Assembly (NCBI RefSeq): GCF_006345805.1
Contig: NW_021826748.1
Span: 1 to 13,449, forward strand
From: Octopus sinensis
Taxonomy: Eukaryota
DNA: 13,449 nucleotides
Reading direction: 5' to 3'
Shown one piece after another: positions 1 through 9,332 of the stretch; the first letter of the stretch is position 1; each line of letters opens with the position of its first letter. The notes beneath the pieces are model-generated. The model ran no database searches. It was not told where the DNA came from and was given only the letters and a program-made list of their open reading frames with translations. The position numbers were made by a program, and so were the translations under genes.

Positions 1-490
1 ATTCGAGATAATCGTAAATCTGTGAGGGATGAAGGGATTAGTAGGAGGAGGAGGAGAAGCAGCTTGGTGAATAGACCAAATTCCACAGGTCTGTAAATAG
101 GTTCGGCTGATGTTGAAAAGGAAATCAACAAAGGGCTTTCGCATTCTTGTGTGAGTAGGAGACAAAAGAAGCATCACACCATCAGGGTCGATAGAGGCCA
201 AATATGTTTTCTACTGCTAGTAATCAATGTGAGCGCGAAGCGGACGATGGCATGAAAGGAACCAATTCACCTTGTTCTACTTTTAATTACTGATAGAAAG
301 AATTATATATATATATACTGACGTTTACGTCGTTGGAATTTTTAATTTCTAAATTAAAAAAAAAAGAATTTCTAACTTTTCTTCTCTTCTTATAAGTTTT
401 GCTGTGGTTTACAGTTTTCGTAATTGTGAAATTTGTATACATTGGCAGTTGCTTATCCCCTTAATTTTTATCGTGCATTAAATTGTGTTG

Positions 491-972
491 TTGCAATAAA
501 AGGTATGTTTATATATTCGAGTAGTCAGGGAGAAAAGAAATATAAAATTCTAACAGAAAATTTTATATATACAGAAAATTGTAGATATTAAAGATTTTAA
601 ATTGTTTTTTGTCCGACCAGAGATAACTAGGGTGTTTTTGCAATAATGTTTACATTTTCGAATTCTCGGAGAGGAGCGAAAGGAAAGAAAAGTAGGGTAA
701 AATCTCGACAGAAAATTCTAGATGATAATGTATTAAAATTTACTAAAGACGATTGTTTGTATGTCCGAATACAGAAAATTATAGTATTCTTAAAAGAAAA
801 AGAATGTTTATATTTTTGAATACTCAGGGAGAAAAGAAAGAATAGGCATTCACAGAAGTTGTAGATAGTAAACTATTTAAAATGTTCGTTTGTGTGTTCG
901 GAAACTGTAGATATGTAAGTTTCTTAATTTATTTTGAGGGACATTTAAAATACTCACAGCAAATTGTAGATA
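491..972. repeat. Degenerate tandem repeat, about 3 units of ~140-160 bp
   Basis: ATGTTTAYATTTTCGAxTAxTCAGGGAGAAAAGAAA-like blocks at ~505, ~646 and ~804. ACAGAAAATTGTAGAT-like motif at 571, 708, 771, 852 and 956. ATTGTTT..TGTCCGA at 601 and 752. Aligned by eye. Confidence 0.55.
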
Positions 973-1103
973 ATCCATTTTTTAGAGTTTTTTTCAGCTG
1001 TCTTGCTAGGTTGTACTAGTGTTTCGGTGTTTTTGACTGCTGGGTGGTCAGGGCAATGAAGAACGCGTCCAGCCTCTATTAAAGTCGGTGCTCCTTATTA
1101 TGC

Positions 1104-2563
1104 AGAAAGATCAGGAAAGAGTGTTACAGGAAAGTTCGAGCAGTCCTAAAATCCGAGTTAAATGCACGTAAAAAGCTGTTAGCTATAAAATCCTTAGCAG
1201 TTCCGGTTGCTATTTACAGTTTCAATATGTTGAACTGGAATATGAGCGAAATAGGGAAGATTTACAGAAGAATCCGTAAGCTGCTGACTAGCAATATGAT
1301 GCACCACCCAAAGGCAGACGCAGATCTTCTTTACCTACCCAGAGATCAAGGAGGTCGAGGCTTGATCCAATTTGAAATCTACTACAAAACCACAACAATT
1401 GGACTAGCAAAATATCTAAAGCTCGTTGAAAATCACGAGAGACTTAAGAAGCTTCAGTCTGTTGTGAAGGAGAGCAAAATACTTGCTTGTGAGTTCATGC
1501 ATAATACCCAGGTTGAACAGCATGAAGGAAGAGCAGCAACTGTAGTCACAAAAATGGTAAAATCAAGAGCAGTGCAAAATGCGTTTGAACAATTGACTGA
1601 TAGGTAGGAATAAAAACCTTTGCATGGCTAATATGTGGCCCGTAGCAAAAAAGCTGACGTAGACCAGAAGCACACCCATCAGTGGTTACGGAGCTCAGAG
1701 CTAAAGGCAGGGAAGGAAAGCTTTATTTTGGCTGGCCTAGATCAGAGCTTATTGACCCGGAACTATCAAGCCACTGTGATGAAAAATTGTGTAGACCCAA
1801 AGTACCAATACTGTAACGATGGAAACAGTGGACCACCTAGTCTCTGGATGTAAGGTTTTAGCACCTGTAGAGTACAAATCAAGACATAACAGAGTTGGCA
1901 AGTATCTATACAGGATAATATGTCGACATTATAAATTCAAAACTGCTGGCAAATTGAACAAGCACCACTCTGAAGCTGTAACTGAAGGAGAAAGCATAAT
2001 GGTCCTTTGGGACTTTCCAGTGTGTACTGACCAGACTATTGTAGCTAATTAACCAGATATTGTTGCGAAAGACCACAACAATAAAATTTATTTATTGATT
2101 GACATGAGTATACCTTGTGATCATAATATCTCGGCAAAACAATTTGATAAACAATTTGCCCATCGAAACCGAAATGATGCGGCATCTCAAGACGGTTACA
2201 ATACCAGTGATTATAGGAGCACTTGAGATGATAAAAAAAAAGAACTGAAATTTATTTACGAATGATCTCTGGCTTTTGTCTTAACTGCTACGTTACGCGT
2301 ATTGAGAAGACCATTGCTTCGCCGTGAATTTTCTTTCCATTTTTCCCTTTATTTTCTTTGTTTACTTCTTTATTAATTTTAATTTTTCTCTGTCTTTCTC
2401 CTCCTTTTTCTCTAGCACATGTTGTTGTAAATGGACAATTTGGTGTTTTTATTTTAATGGTCTACCAATGTATACAGTGCGATTCTCTGCACTAGGTGTC
2501 AGGAAGATACTCGGCAAGAAATGGAACCAAAATTGAAAGATCATAAGGAAAATGATGATGATC

Positions 2564-2565
<2 letters not shown>
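1104..2565 (+). mobile_element. 5'-truncated, decayed R4/Dong-clade non-LTR retrotransposon, copy 1 (RT C-terminal region, CCHC zinc knuckle, restriction-like endonuclease, 3' UTR)
   Basis: Frame from ~1107 reads KIRKECYRKVRAVLKSELNARKKLLAIKSLAVP...HHPKADADLLYLPRDQGGRGL. After stops and frameshifts: KPLHG..QWLRSSELK..FILAGLDQSLLTRNY, ETVDHLVSGC..EYKSRHNRV, LWDFPV.TDQTI.AN*PDIV..LIDMSIP and TIPVIIGAL. These are typical R4/Dong ORF motifs. The element ends in an (AAT)n tail at 2566. Confidence 0.9.
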
Positions 2566-2662
<97 letters not shown>

Positions 2663-2682
2663 ATAATAATAATAATAATAAT
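2566..2682 (+). repeat. Compound microsatellite (AAT)13(AGT)19(AAT)7
   Basis: Counted directly; it separates the two R4/Dong copies. Confidence 0.97.
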
Positions 2683-3885
2683 ATCAGTAACAAAACAGCA
2701 AAGAAAAATCTAAGTGACTTCCAAATACAACAAATTCCAAAATTAGACGTACTGGAAACAAGCACAGAAAAAAGCCAAGCGTATGATAACTCGTACTAAA
2801 ACTACTGCCTTAGATATTCTTACTAAAAACCGACAAGAAAAAATCCCTCTATGGTAAATACCCGAAGAGAGCTAATAATGCCGATGTTGACAAAGCCCTT
2901 ACCCGTCAATATTTAGTCTCTTTTGGCTTAAAATCAGTGACGGAAAGGACTATCATAGCAGGCCAAGATGAAAACCTACCAACAAGGAGATATTAGGCCA
3001 AAATATTAAAGAACGGCATCAGCTCAAGATGTGTAATTAAACATCAAAGTGAAACCATCGAACATGTCGTCTCCATGTGCAGTCTTCTTGCGCTGACAGA
3101 GTATCTCATCCACATAGTCACTGGGTAATTTGTATATTCACTTTGACCTGCCCCATGATAAAAACTGATGGGAATACAAACCACCGCCAGTACTTCAAAA
3201 TAACCAAATCTCACTCCTTTGGAACTTCAGTGTTCAACCTGACAGAAAGATAGATGCAAATAGGACAGACATTATAATGAAGGATTTCCAACAAAAATCA
3301 TGCCTCCTCATTGATATGACTGTCCCAATCGACAAAAATGTATCTGTCAAAACCAACCAAAAGCTGAGCAAATATAAAGATCTTGAAAAACAAATTAGCA
3401 AAATGTGGAACCTCAAGACTAAAATAATACCTGTTGTCATAGGTGCCCTACGAATGATAGCAAAATAGGCTGATTGTTTCCTAGCTCAGATGTCAGGAAA
3501 TGCAAAACTGGCAGAAATTCAAAAACTAGTGCTCAATGGAACTGCCCAAATCCTGCATAAAATATTGTCCATGTAATCCTCAAAATATTTTAATCCGTAA
3601 ACAGTGTCAAAATACTTTTAAATATACACAACAGCCAATACTTTTACTGTCATCTTGACACCAGACTATCATCTTATTATCAAATTACTTTTAAAGCAAA
3701 CCTCTAATTTACTTATGTTTTGACAGACATTCTCTAGAACAATACTCTGTGCAAGACTAAATATATGGCACCCTAGGCAGTACACCAGCATGAACTTCTA
3801 ATTTGTTGTCTCTTGAGATCTCTGGGTGAGACTTGCAGTCAACGTTTACAAATACAAAGCAAAGGCCAGTCATGTAAACTATACT
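2683..3885 (+). mobile_element. 5'-truncated, decayed R4/Dong-clade LINE, copy 2 (a different subfamily from copy 1)
   Basis: Reads LYGKYPKRANNADVDKALTRQYLVSFGLKS..IIAGQDENLPTRRY*, ETIEHVVSMCSLLA, LLWNFSVQPDRKIDANRTDII..CLLIDMTVP..KLSKYKDLE..MWNLKTKIIPVVIGAL and EIQKLVL.GTAQILHKILSM* (stop 3574-3576), then a ~300-bp 3' UTR. Same domains as copy 1 but clearly diverged. The 3' boundary is approximate. Confidence 0.9.
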
Positions 3886-3934
3886 ATCTATACTCTAATG
3901 GACAAAGCTGCTTATTAATTAGGCATGTATTAAT

Positions 3935-3937
<3 letters not shown>

Positions 3938-3987
<50 letters not shown>
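3938..3987. repeat. (GT)n microsatellite
   Basis: Direct read; preceded by a short TATTAATTAGG direct duplication at 3913-3938. Confidence 0.97.
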
Positions 3988-3989
<2 letters not shown>

Positions 3990-4225
3990 TTTCTGTTCAC
4001 TGAAAAAACTTCGTGCTGCGTTATTTTTGCGAAGTTTTGTCAGTTAACAGGTATATGCAAATATGGGTACAGGACGTCACCAACTGTGTAAACACCATGA
4101 AATACGAAAACAAACGAGTTAAATACGAAAGCAAGGAAAGCAAAAAATGTAAAACAGGACAAGTAACACAGAGAACGAAACTTCATCAGTTTTCGGCTGT
4201 CTATCTTCTCTTCATTTCGAGTATT

Positions 4226-4787
4226 CATAGGGACGGCATAAGGACTACTATGAAGTCACTTGGAATGGTTCCAGAAGATATAGAAACCCTTGCTTCGCAT
4301 CGAGTTGCATGGCGAACAAAGGTGTGGAGTGGAGTAAAAGCATTTGAAGAGGCCAGGATAACGGAACTAAGACTCGGAGGAGATCGAAGAGTGAATGTAA
4401 CGATCGAGAAGGTGAATGACAATGACCTTTTTGTGTGCACCGTCTGTGACAGATCATAGCTGTCTTTTGCCGGCATCAAATCTCATCTGCGAACGCATGG
4501 AAAACGAACCTCCACCAAATATTCTGCCTATATGTCTGTCTACACTTTTGAATGCAGTGTATGCCAGAATGTTTCCAAATCTGACAGAAGCCTCATAAGA
4601 CATGTTAAGATCCACAAAGAGCTGAACTTCTCCGCAGCTATTGGTGGTCAAAATCAGAGGTGCAGTTAGAGGTGGGTGTCTTTTCAGAACATTGTCTGGT
4701 TTAAAAAGCCTACATCAGACGCCATGATGGTGCTAAGGTGTAGGTACAGAAGGTGGTCAAACTTTGTATAAGGAGTAGACAACCACC
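4226..4787 (+). mobile_element. 3' fragment of an RTE-type LINE with C-terminal C2H2-like zinc fingers and a (TA)n tail
   Basis: Reads RDGIRTTMKSLGMVPEDIETLASHRVAWRTKVWSGVKAFEEARI, resembling the RTE ORF C-terminus (D.LK....E.LA.DR..WR). Then CTVCDRS*LSFAGIKSHLRTH (stop 4457-4459), CSVCQNVSKSDRSLIRHVKIH (4553-4615) and a frameshifted third finger FRTLSGLKS(H)IRRH (~4683-4726). Confidence 0.8.
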
Positions 4788-4864
4788 ATATATATATATA
4801 TATTTATATATATATATATATATGCATACACACACACACAAACACACACACATATATATATATA
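4788..4864. repeat. (TA)n(CA)n(TA)n compound microsatellite
   Basis: Direct read. Confidence 0.95.
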
Positions 4865-5034
4865 AAACCCTGTAATGAATATATAACGATTCGGTACAAA
4901 GGTATGTTAAATATCAATTCCATTCGTATATTTATTTATTTTACATACACATAGAACAATTTTAGTAAGCAATTCACTCGATAGGGCGATCTCAGTTGTC
5001 ATATTTGAGGTTTGTGTGCGCTTAATTACCGCCC

Positions 5035-5135
5035 ATATATATATATATATGAACATATATACACATACACGCACACCAAAGACACTCACACACAATATAT
5101 AAATGTGTGTGTATGCATGTATGTATGTATGTATG

Positions 5136-5169
<34 letters not shown>

Positions 5170-5214
5170 TGTATGTATGTATGTATGTATGCATGTATGT
5201 ATGCATGTATGTAG
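5035..5214. repeat. (TA)n/(CA)n low complexity followed by an (ATGT)n tetranucleotide array (~5111-5212)
   Basis: Direct read; it explains the YVCM and IHTY pseudo-ORFs. Confidence 0.93.
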
Positions 5215-5230
5215 ACGCAGACAAACTCAC

Positions 5231-5292
5231 AGACATGAGAAATACAGGTGAAAAAAGAAACGAAATGTCATCTTTAAGTTCCTTTATTAAAT
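5231..5292 (-). other. Candidate 62-bp internal exon, (D)LIKELKDDISFLFSPVFLMS
   Basis: Minus strand TTCTCTTTAG acceptor, one open frame (phase 1 to phase 0), then a GTGAGT donor. No homology recognised. Confidence 0.25.
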
Positions 5293-5574
5293 CTAAAGAG
5301 AATTAATGACCCACAAACAACCAATCGCCTTTAGTTTATTATCTCAACCAATAAAAGTAGATTTCACAAATTATATTATTTTCTAATTCTTTTCCTGTGT
5401 GTTTTTTTTTCCTTCTTATTAAATTCCATTTTGTAATTACTTTTATTCAATGTTTATGTCTTTTTTTTACCTTCGTTTTGTTGTTTCTTTTCTGTTCGAT
5501 GTTTTTTCGTCGCTTATTGACTTATCAACGCAATGTTCCTAATATTTATGTCTCTTTGTTATTATTCACATGAA

Positions 5575-5624
5575 TAATAATAATAATAATAATAACAAAA
5601 ATGATAATAATAATAATAATAATT
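5575..5624. repeat. Interrupted (AAT)n microsatellite
   Basis: Direct read; it abuts the element at 5627. Confidence 0.93.
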
Positions 5625-5626
5625 AA

Positions 5627-6156
5627 GCTCTCATGGCTTCTGATCTTAACTGATTGGAAGTGTTATCATGTACATTGTTTTGTCTTGGTATAAAAGATGG
5701 GCTACACCAAATATTCTGCTCAATACCACAGATTTGCTTGTCAGTTGTTTGACCTTAACCAGTTGAGCATGTCCCTTAGTGGCTGACGATATGTGCATCT
5801 CTGATCACGAGCAGAAGTAGTGGGGGAGCATCATAGCCATGTGTTGAGAAGGATTCTTTGGGGTTTGAATAATTCACCTCTGGAAACATGGGTGTTTCGT
5901 TCAACGTCCTTAAACAACCCTTATTCAGGGACCTTTTGAGCGGGATGGGTTACTCGATCTGAAGAAAATTCTAACTGGGCTCTACCTGCAAGGTCATGTG
6001 CTGTTTATCTTGATATGAGATCACCATGTCGCGCACATATGGTTGTGATGCATGTGCCTGGTGTACCCTTATCAGACGGGTAGTCATGATGGGTATACTG
6101 GGCTTCGTATATTTTACCCCAGTGTCACTTTGATGGCATGCTCTGCTCACTCACTC
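5627..6156 (+). mobile_element. ~530-bp AAT-flanked interspersed repeat, copy A; class unresolved (non-coding retroelement piece or SINE-like)
   Basis: Complex sequence bounded on both sides by (AAT)n, with a diverged inverted copy at 6506-6826, which shows it is dispersed. No coding potential or tRNA A/B boxes recognised. Orientation inferred from the AAT tail. Confidence 0.7.
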
Positions 6157-6195
<39 letters not shown>

Positions 6196-6490
6196 AGCAA
6201 AAAAGTCCGGAAACTTGTGAGGATTGTTAATGATGATGATGATGAGGATGTAGAAGAAGAAGGAGAAGAAGAAGAAGAAGAAGAAGATGAAGAAGAAGAA
6301 GAAGAAAAAGAAGAAGAATAGGATGAGGAGCAGGAGGAGAAGAAGAAAAGAAGAATAGGAGGGGAGGAGAAGAAGAAGAAGAAGAAGAAGAAGAAGAAGA
6401 AGATGATGAAGAATAGGGGGAGGAGGAGGAGGAAAAAGAATAAGAAGAAAAAGAAGTACAACAACAACAGCAGCGGCAGCAACAATGACA
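6157..6490. repeat. Compound trinucleotide tract (AAT)n-(GAT)n-(GAA/GGA)n-(CAA/CAG)n
   Basis: Direct read; a purine-rich core at ~6250-6455 contains a recurring GAAGAATAGG. Confidence 0.93.
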
Positions 6491-6505
6491 ATTCTAAATG
6501 GGTTC

Positions 6506-6826
6506 CATCTTGCAGGTGGGGCTCGTGATGAGTTTTTTGAGGTCGAGCAGCTCAAAAGCATCTTGAAAAATTTCTGTTTAAGGATAATGAACTAAACACC
6601 CAGTTTCCTGGGGTGAATTATTCAGACCCCGCAGAATTCCTCTCAACACATGACTATGATTCTCCCCTACTACTTCTGCTCATGATCAGAGATGCATTTC
6701 TCATCAGCCATTTAGGGACATACTCAGCTGGTTAAGGTCAAGCAAGCAAATCTGACCAACAAATCTGACAAGCAAATCTGACTACGAAACATGTAGATTC
6801 TAATACAATCAGTTAAGATCAGAAGT
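6506..6826 (-). mobile_element. Partial, inverted copy B of the 5627-6156 element
   Basis: Reverse complement of ~5637-5997, about 85% identical over a ~170-nt core by hand count. It has an internal deletion and a local AAGCAAATCTGAC duplication at ~6741-6782. Confidence 0.85.
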
Positions 6827-7167
6827 CAATTAACCCCCATCTCTATTTAAATAACAACAGCAATGCAATTAGAATTAAGAGCTGAATTTCTTTAAAGTCA
6901 AACACAGAGTTATGTTTAAAAAATGAAGGTTAATATAGATTTAAATAGATTATGTCTGTGATAAATAAAAGATTTGGATGGAACAAATTTCATAACTGCG
7001 ACGATAACAGGCACCGACGAAAATACGATTTCAGTGATTGGGCATTTATGTGGTCGTTCGACCTGCAAGAAAGTGCAGCTAAATGTCTCTCAAGGCACAG
7101 CTGCTCTCTTAGGTCTTAGAATATGAGTGTTGAATAAGGTAGTCGTATATTCAAAGCAGATTGGTAC

Positions 7168-7252
7168 AGATCTTTTACTTGTTTGTCATTGGATTCCGGC
7201 CATGCTAGGGCACCGCCTTCAAGAGTTTTTAATCGAATAAATCGACCCCAGT
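7168..7252 (-). mobile_element. 3' tail fragment of a cephalopod tRNA-derived SINE
   Basis: Minus strand CTGGGGTCGATTTATTCGA...GAAGGCGGTGCCCTAGCATGGCCG...AAACAAGTAAAAGA, recalled as a common octopus SINE tail. It shares the GGGGTCGAT motif with the SINE at 7939-8141. Confidence 0.6.
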
Positions 7253-7271
7253 TACATATATATATATATAT

Positions 7272-7342
<71 letters not shown>

Positions 7343-7569
7343 CAATAATCTCTTGACAATCACCGGTATTGCATTACAAAACACCCCGTGGTAGGTGGAA
7401 ATGCACGAAGTAGAAACAGTACTGTACTGTATATTTTTTCTTATTATTTTTATAATTTGTATATATATTTATTTTACTATAAATGCAAAACAACACCACA
7501 CTGGAACCGACGTAAGCGAAAAAAATAAACCGCGATAGGTGAACAAGGATATAGTGACGGATAACTGTA
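7343..7569 (-). mobile_element. One-ended Tigger/pogo-like DNA transposon remnant
   Basis: Minus strand TA|CAGTTATCCGTCACTATATCCTTGTTCACCTATCGCGG (7528-7569) resembles a Tigger-type TIR with a TA target. No partner TIR was found and the far boundary is uncertain. Confidence 0.45.
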
Positions 7570-7597
7570 CATATATATATATATATATAATTTTATT

Positions 7598-7755
7598 CCA
7601 GTTTCTGCCTAGCAAATTACCAAATCTACCTAAAGGTTTTGGTTGACTCGAGGCTGTAGTAGAAGACACTTGCCCAAGGTGCTACACAGAGGGATTCAAC
7701 CTAGAACTATGTGGTTGAGAAGCAACCTTTGTACCACAGAGCCAAGCCTGCGCCT
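7598..7755 (-). mobile_element. 5' part of a tRNA-derived CORE-like SINE (OR2-like)
   Basis: Minus strand GGCGCAGGCTTGGCTCTGTGGT (A-box-like), GGTTGAATCCC (degenerate B-box) and GCACCTTGGGCAAGTGTCTT, resembling the CORE motif GACCTTGGGCAAGTCACTT. Confidence 0.7.
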
Positions 7756-7843
7756 ATATAGTCACAATTAGAATGATTCTAATGATAGGTACATTTTGTT
7801 TAGCAGAATTGAGAGGCTTTCAACATCAACAGTTAATACTTAC

Positions 7844-7882
7844 TTGTCATCAGACCGGAATGGCTGTTTCATAGCGCATGCG
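7844..7882 (-). other. Candidate 39-bp micro-exon, copy 1
   Basis: Minus strand TTCAATCTTTCTTCAG acceptor and AA|GTAAGT donor. The phase-2 frame ACAMKQPFRSDD is open. Confidence 0.3.
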
Positions 7883-7938
7883 CTGAAGAAAGATTGAACT
7901 CAGATTGAATGATGAGAAAAGAGCGTCATCAATAACGA

Positions 7939-8141
7939 TACCTATTTCTTTACTACCCACAAGGGGCTAAACACAGAGGGGACAAACAAGGACATACGAA
8001 CGGATTAAGTCGATTATATCGACCCCGAAAGAATGAAAGGCAAAGTCGACCTCGGCGGAATTTGAACTCAGAACGTTGCGGCAGACGAAATAACGCTAAG
8101 CATTTCGCCCGGCGTGCTAACGTTTCTGCCAGCTCGCCGCC
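7939..8141 (-). mobile_element. tRNA-derived SINE (octopus OK-like), copy 1
   Basis: Minus strand GGCGGCGAGCTGGCAGAAACGTTAG (A-box) and GAGTTCAAATTCC (B-box), flanked by an ATAACGA target-site-like repeat at 7932-7938 and 8145-8151. Confidence 0.88.
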
Positions 8142-8169
8142 AACATAACGAGTTAGAGGGTTAACTTAC

Positions 8170-8445
8170 AGCAAAAATATCATCAACCGCCAAAATACAT
8201 TCACCGAGGAGAGCAACAAATATTGACACTTTCTGATCTTCAGAACTTGAAGAGTTCGTCAACTTTTCTTCCTTTGTTTTTAATTGAATTTCCATCCACG
8301 AAACAACAATCAAACCATGCCAATCAATGCCATTATGAATTCCGCACCATTCTTCGAACCAATCAATCGAGAATCTATTGTAGTGGAATAACAGCATAAC
8401 ATCGTTGAAATAATGAGGCTATTCATGATCTTTGGGTGAAGATTC
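8170..8445 (-). other. Candidate exon of a multi-pass membrane protein, copy 1 (frameshifted relative to copy 2)
   Basis: GTTAG acceptor and GCT|GTAAGT donor, with hydrophobic patches. It lacks three T bases that are present in copy 2. Confidence 0.25.
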
Positions 8446-8458
8446 CTAACTTTTAATT

Positions 8459-8492
8459 ATAGATAGAGAGAAAGATGGATAGATAGATAGAG

Positions 8493-8575
<83 letters not shown>

Positions 8576-8615
8576 GAGGTAGAGGGATAGATAGATAGAT
8601 TGAAGACAGGCGAAT
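8459..8615. repeat. (GATA)n array, copy 1
   Basis: Direct read. Confidence 0.95.
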
Positions 8616-8776
8616 AGACAGACAGATGCATACGAACATAAATGTAAATATATAGACAGAGATAAATTGAGATACCTATATCTATTCAAGTATTTATATC
8701 TTATCCACTGTTTCTATGTTTTAATCCTTTTCTCCCCTCTTTCCCTCTCTCTCCCTGTATATATATATATATTATA

Positions 8777-8831
<55 letters not shown>

Positions 8832-8885
8832 TATATATATAATATATATATACATACATACACACCACACACACACACACACACT

Positions 8886-8919
<34 letters not shown>

Positions 8920-9146
8920 CAATAATCTCTTGACAATCACCGGTATTGCATTACAAAACACCCCGTGGTAGGTGGAAATGCACGAAGTAGAAACAGTACT
9001 GTACTGTATATTTTTTCTTATTATTTTTATAATTTGTATATATATTTATTTTACTATAAATGCAAAACAACACCACACTGGAACCGACGTAAGCGAAAAA
9101 AATAAACCGCGATAGGTGAACAAGGATATAGTGACGGATAACTGTA
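8920..9146 (-). mobile_element. Tigger/pogo-like remnant, duplicated copy
   Basis: Identical to 7343-7569. Confidence 0.45.
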
Positions 9147-9174
9147 CATATATATATATATATATAATTTTATT

Positions 9175-9332
9175 CCAGTTTCTGCCTAGCAAATTACCAA
9201 ATCTACCTAAAGGTTTTGGTTGACTCGAGGCTGTAGTAGAAGACACTTGCCCAAGGTGCTACACAGAGGGATTCAACCTAGAACTATGTGGTTGAGAAGC
9301 AACCTTTGTACCACAGAGCCAAGCCTGCGCCT
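9175..9332 (-). mobile_element. CORE-like SINE 5' part, duplicated copy
   Basis: Identical to 7598-7755. Confidence 0.7.

Larger units (their letters stand above)
7256..8832. repeat. Tandem duplication, copy 1 (period ~1577 bp)
   Basis: 7343-8757 matches 8920-10337 with 2 substitutions and 7 single-base indels outside the microsatellites. The edges fall inside (TA)n tracts, so boundaries are approximate. Confidence 0.97.

Noticed and set aside
1-290. Possible exon or element end in the first 290 bp
   Set aside because: There are short open frames on both strands but no recognisable homology, and the stretch is cut by the window edge.
491-972. CRISPR-like array
   Set aside because: Eukaryotic context, highly degenerate repeats, no regular unique spacers and no cas genes.
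958-1093. Candidate minus-strand exon (APTLIEAGRVLHCPDHPAVK...) ending at a GTGAGT donor
   Set aside because: The acceptor derives from LINE antisense sequence and the donor lies in a unit of the degenerate repeat. No homology recognised.
1227-3468. ORFs 1227, 1635, 1819 and 3277 as functional CDSs, and 3234 (-) as a gene
   Set aside because: They are stop- and frameshift-broken pieces of R4/Dong LINEs, or their antisense.
4013-4459. 148-aa ORF as a host gene
   Set aside because: It is chimeric. Only the part from ~4226 resembles the RTE C-terminus, and the upstream part (4013-4225) is unassigned sequence that happens to be open.
7048-7100. Short SINE-tail-like remnants (also ~11790-11815 on the minus strand)
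   Set aside because: Too short and degenerate to delimit without a repeat library.
7800-7900. Hammerhead ribozyme candidates (CTGATGA on the minus strand at ~7850 and ~11130; hairpin at 4005-4038)
   Set aside because: Stem II and the GAAA core cannot be formed with the required spacing.
7939-8141. tRNA gene
   Set aside because: A and B boxes are present but there is no cloverleaf with an acceptor stem. It has a long unrelated body and a TSD, which marks it as a SINE.
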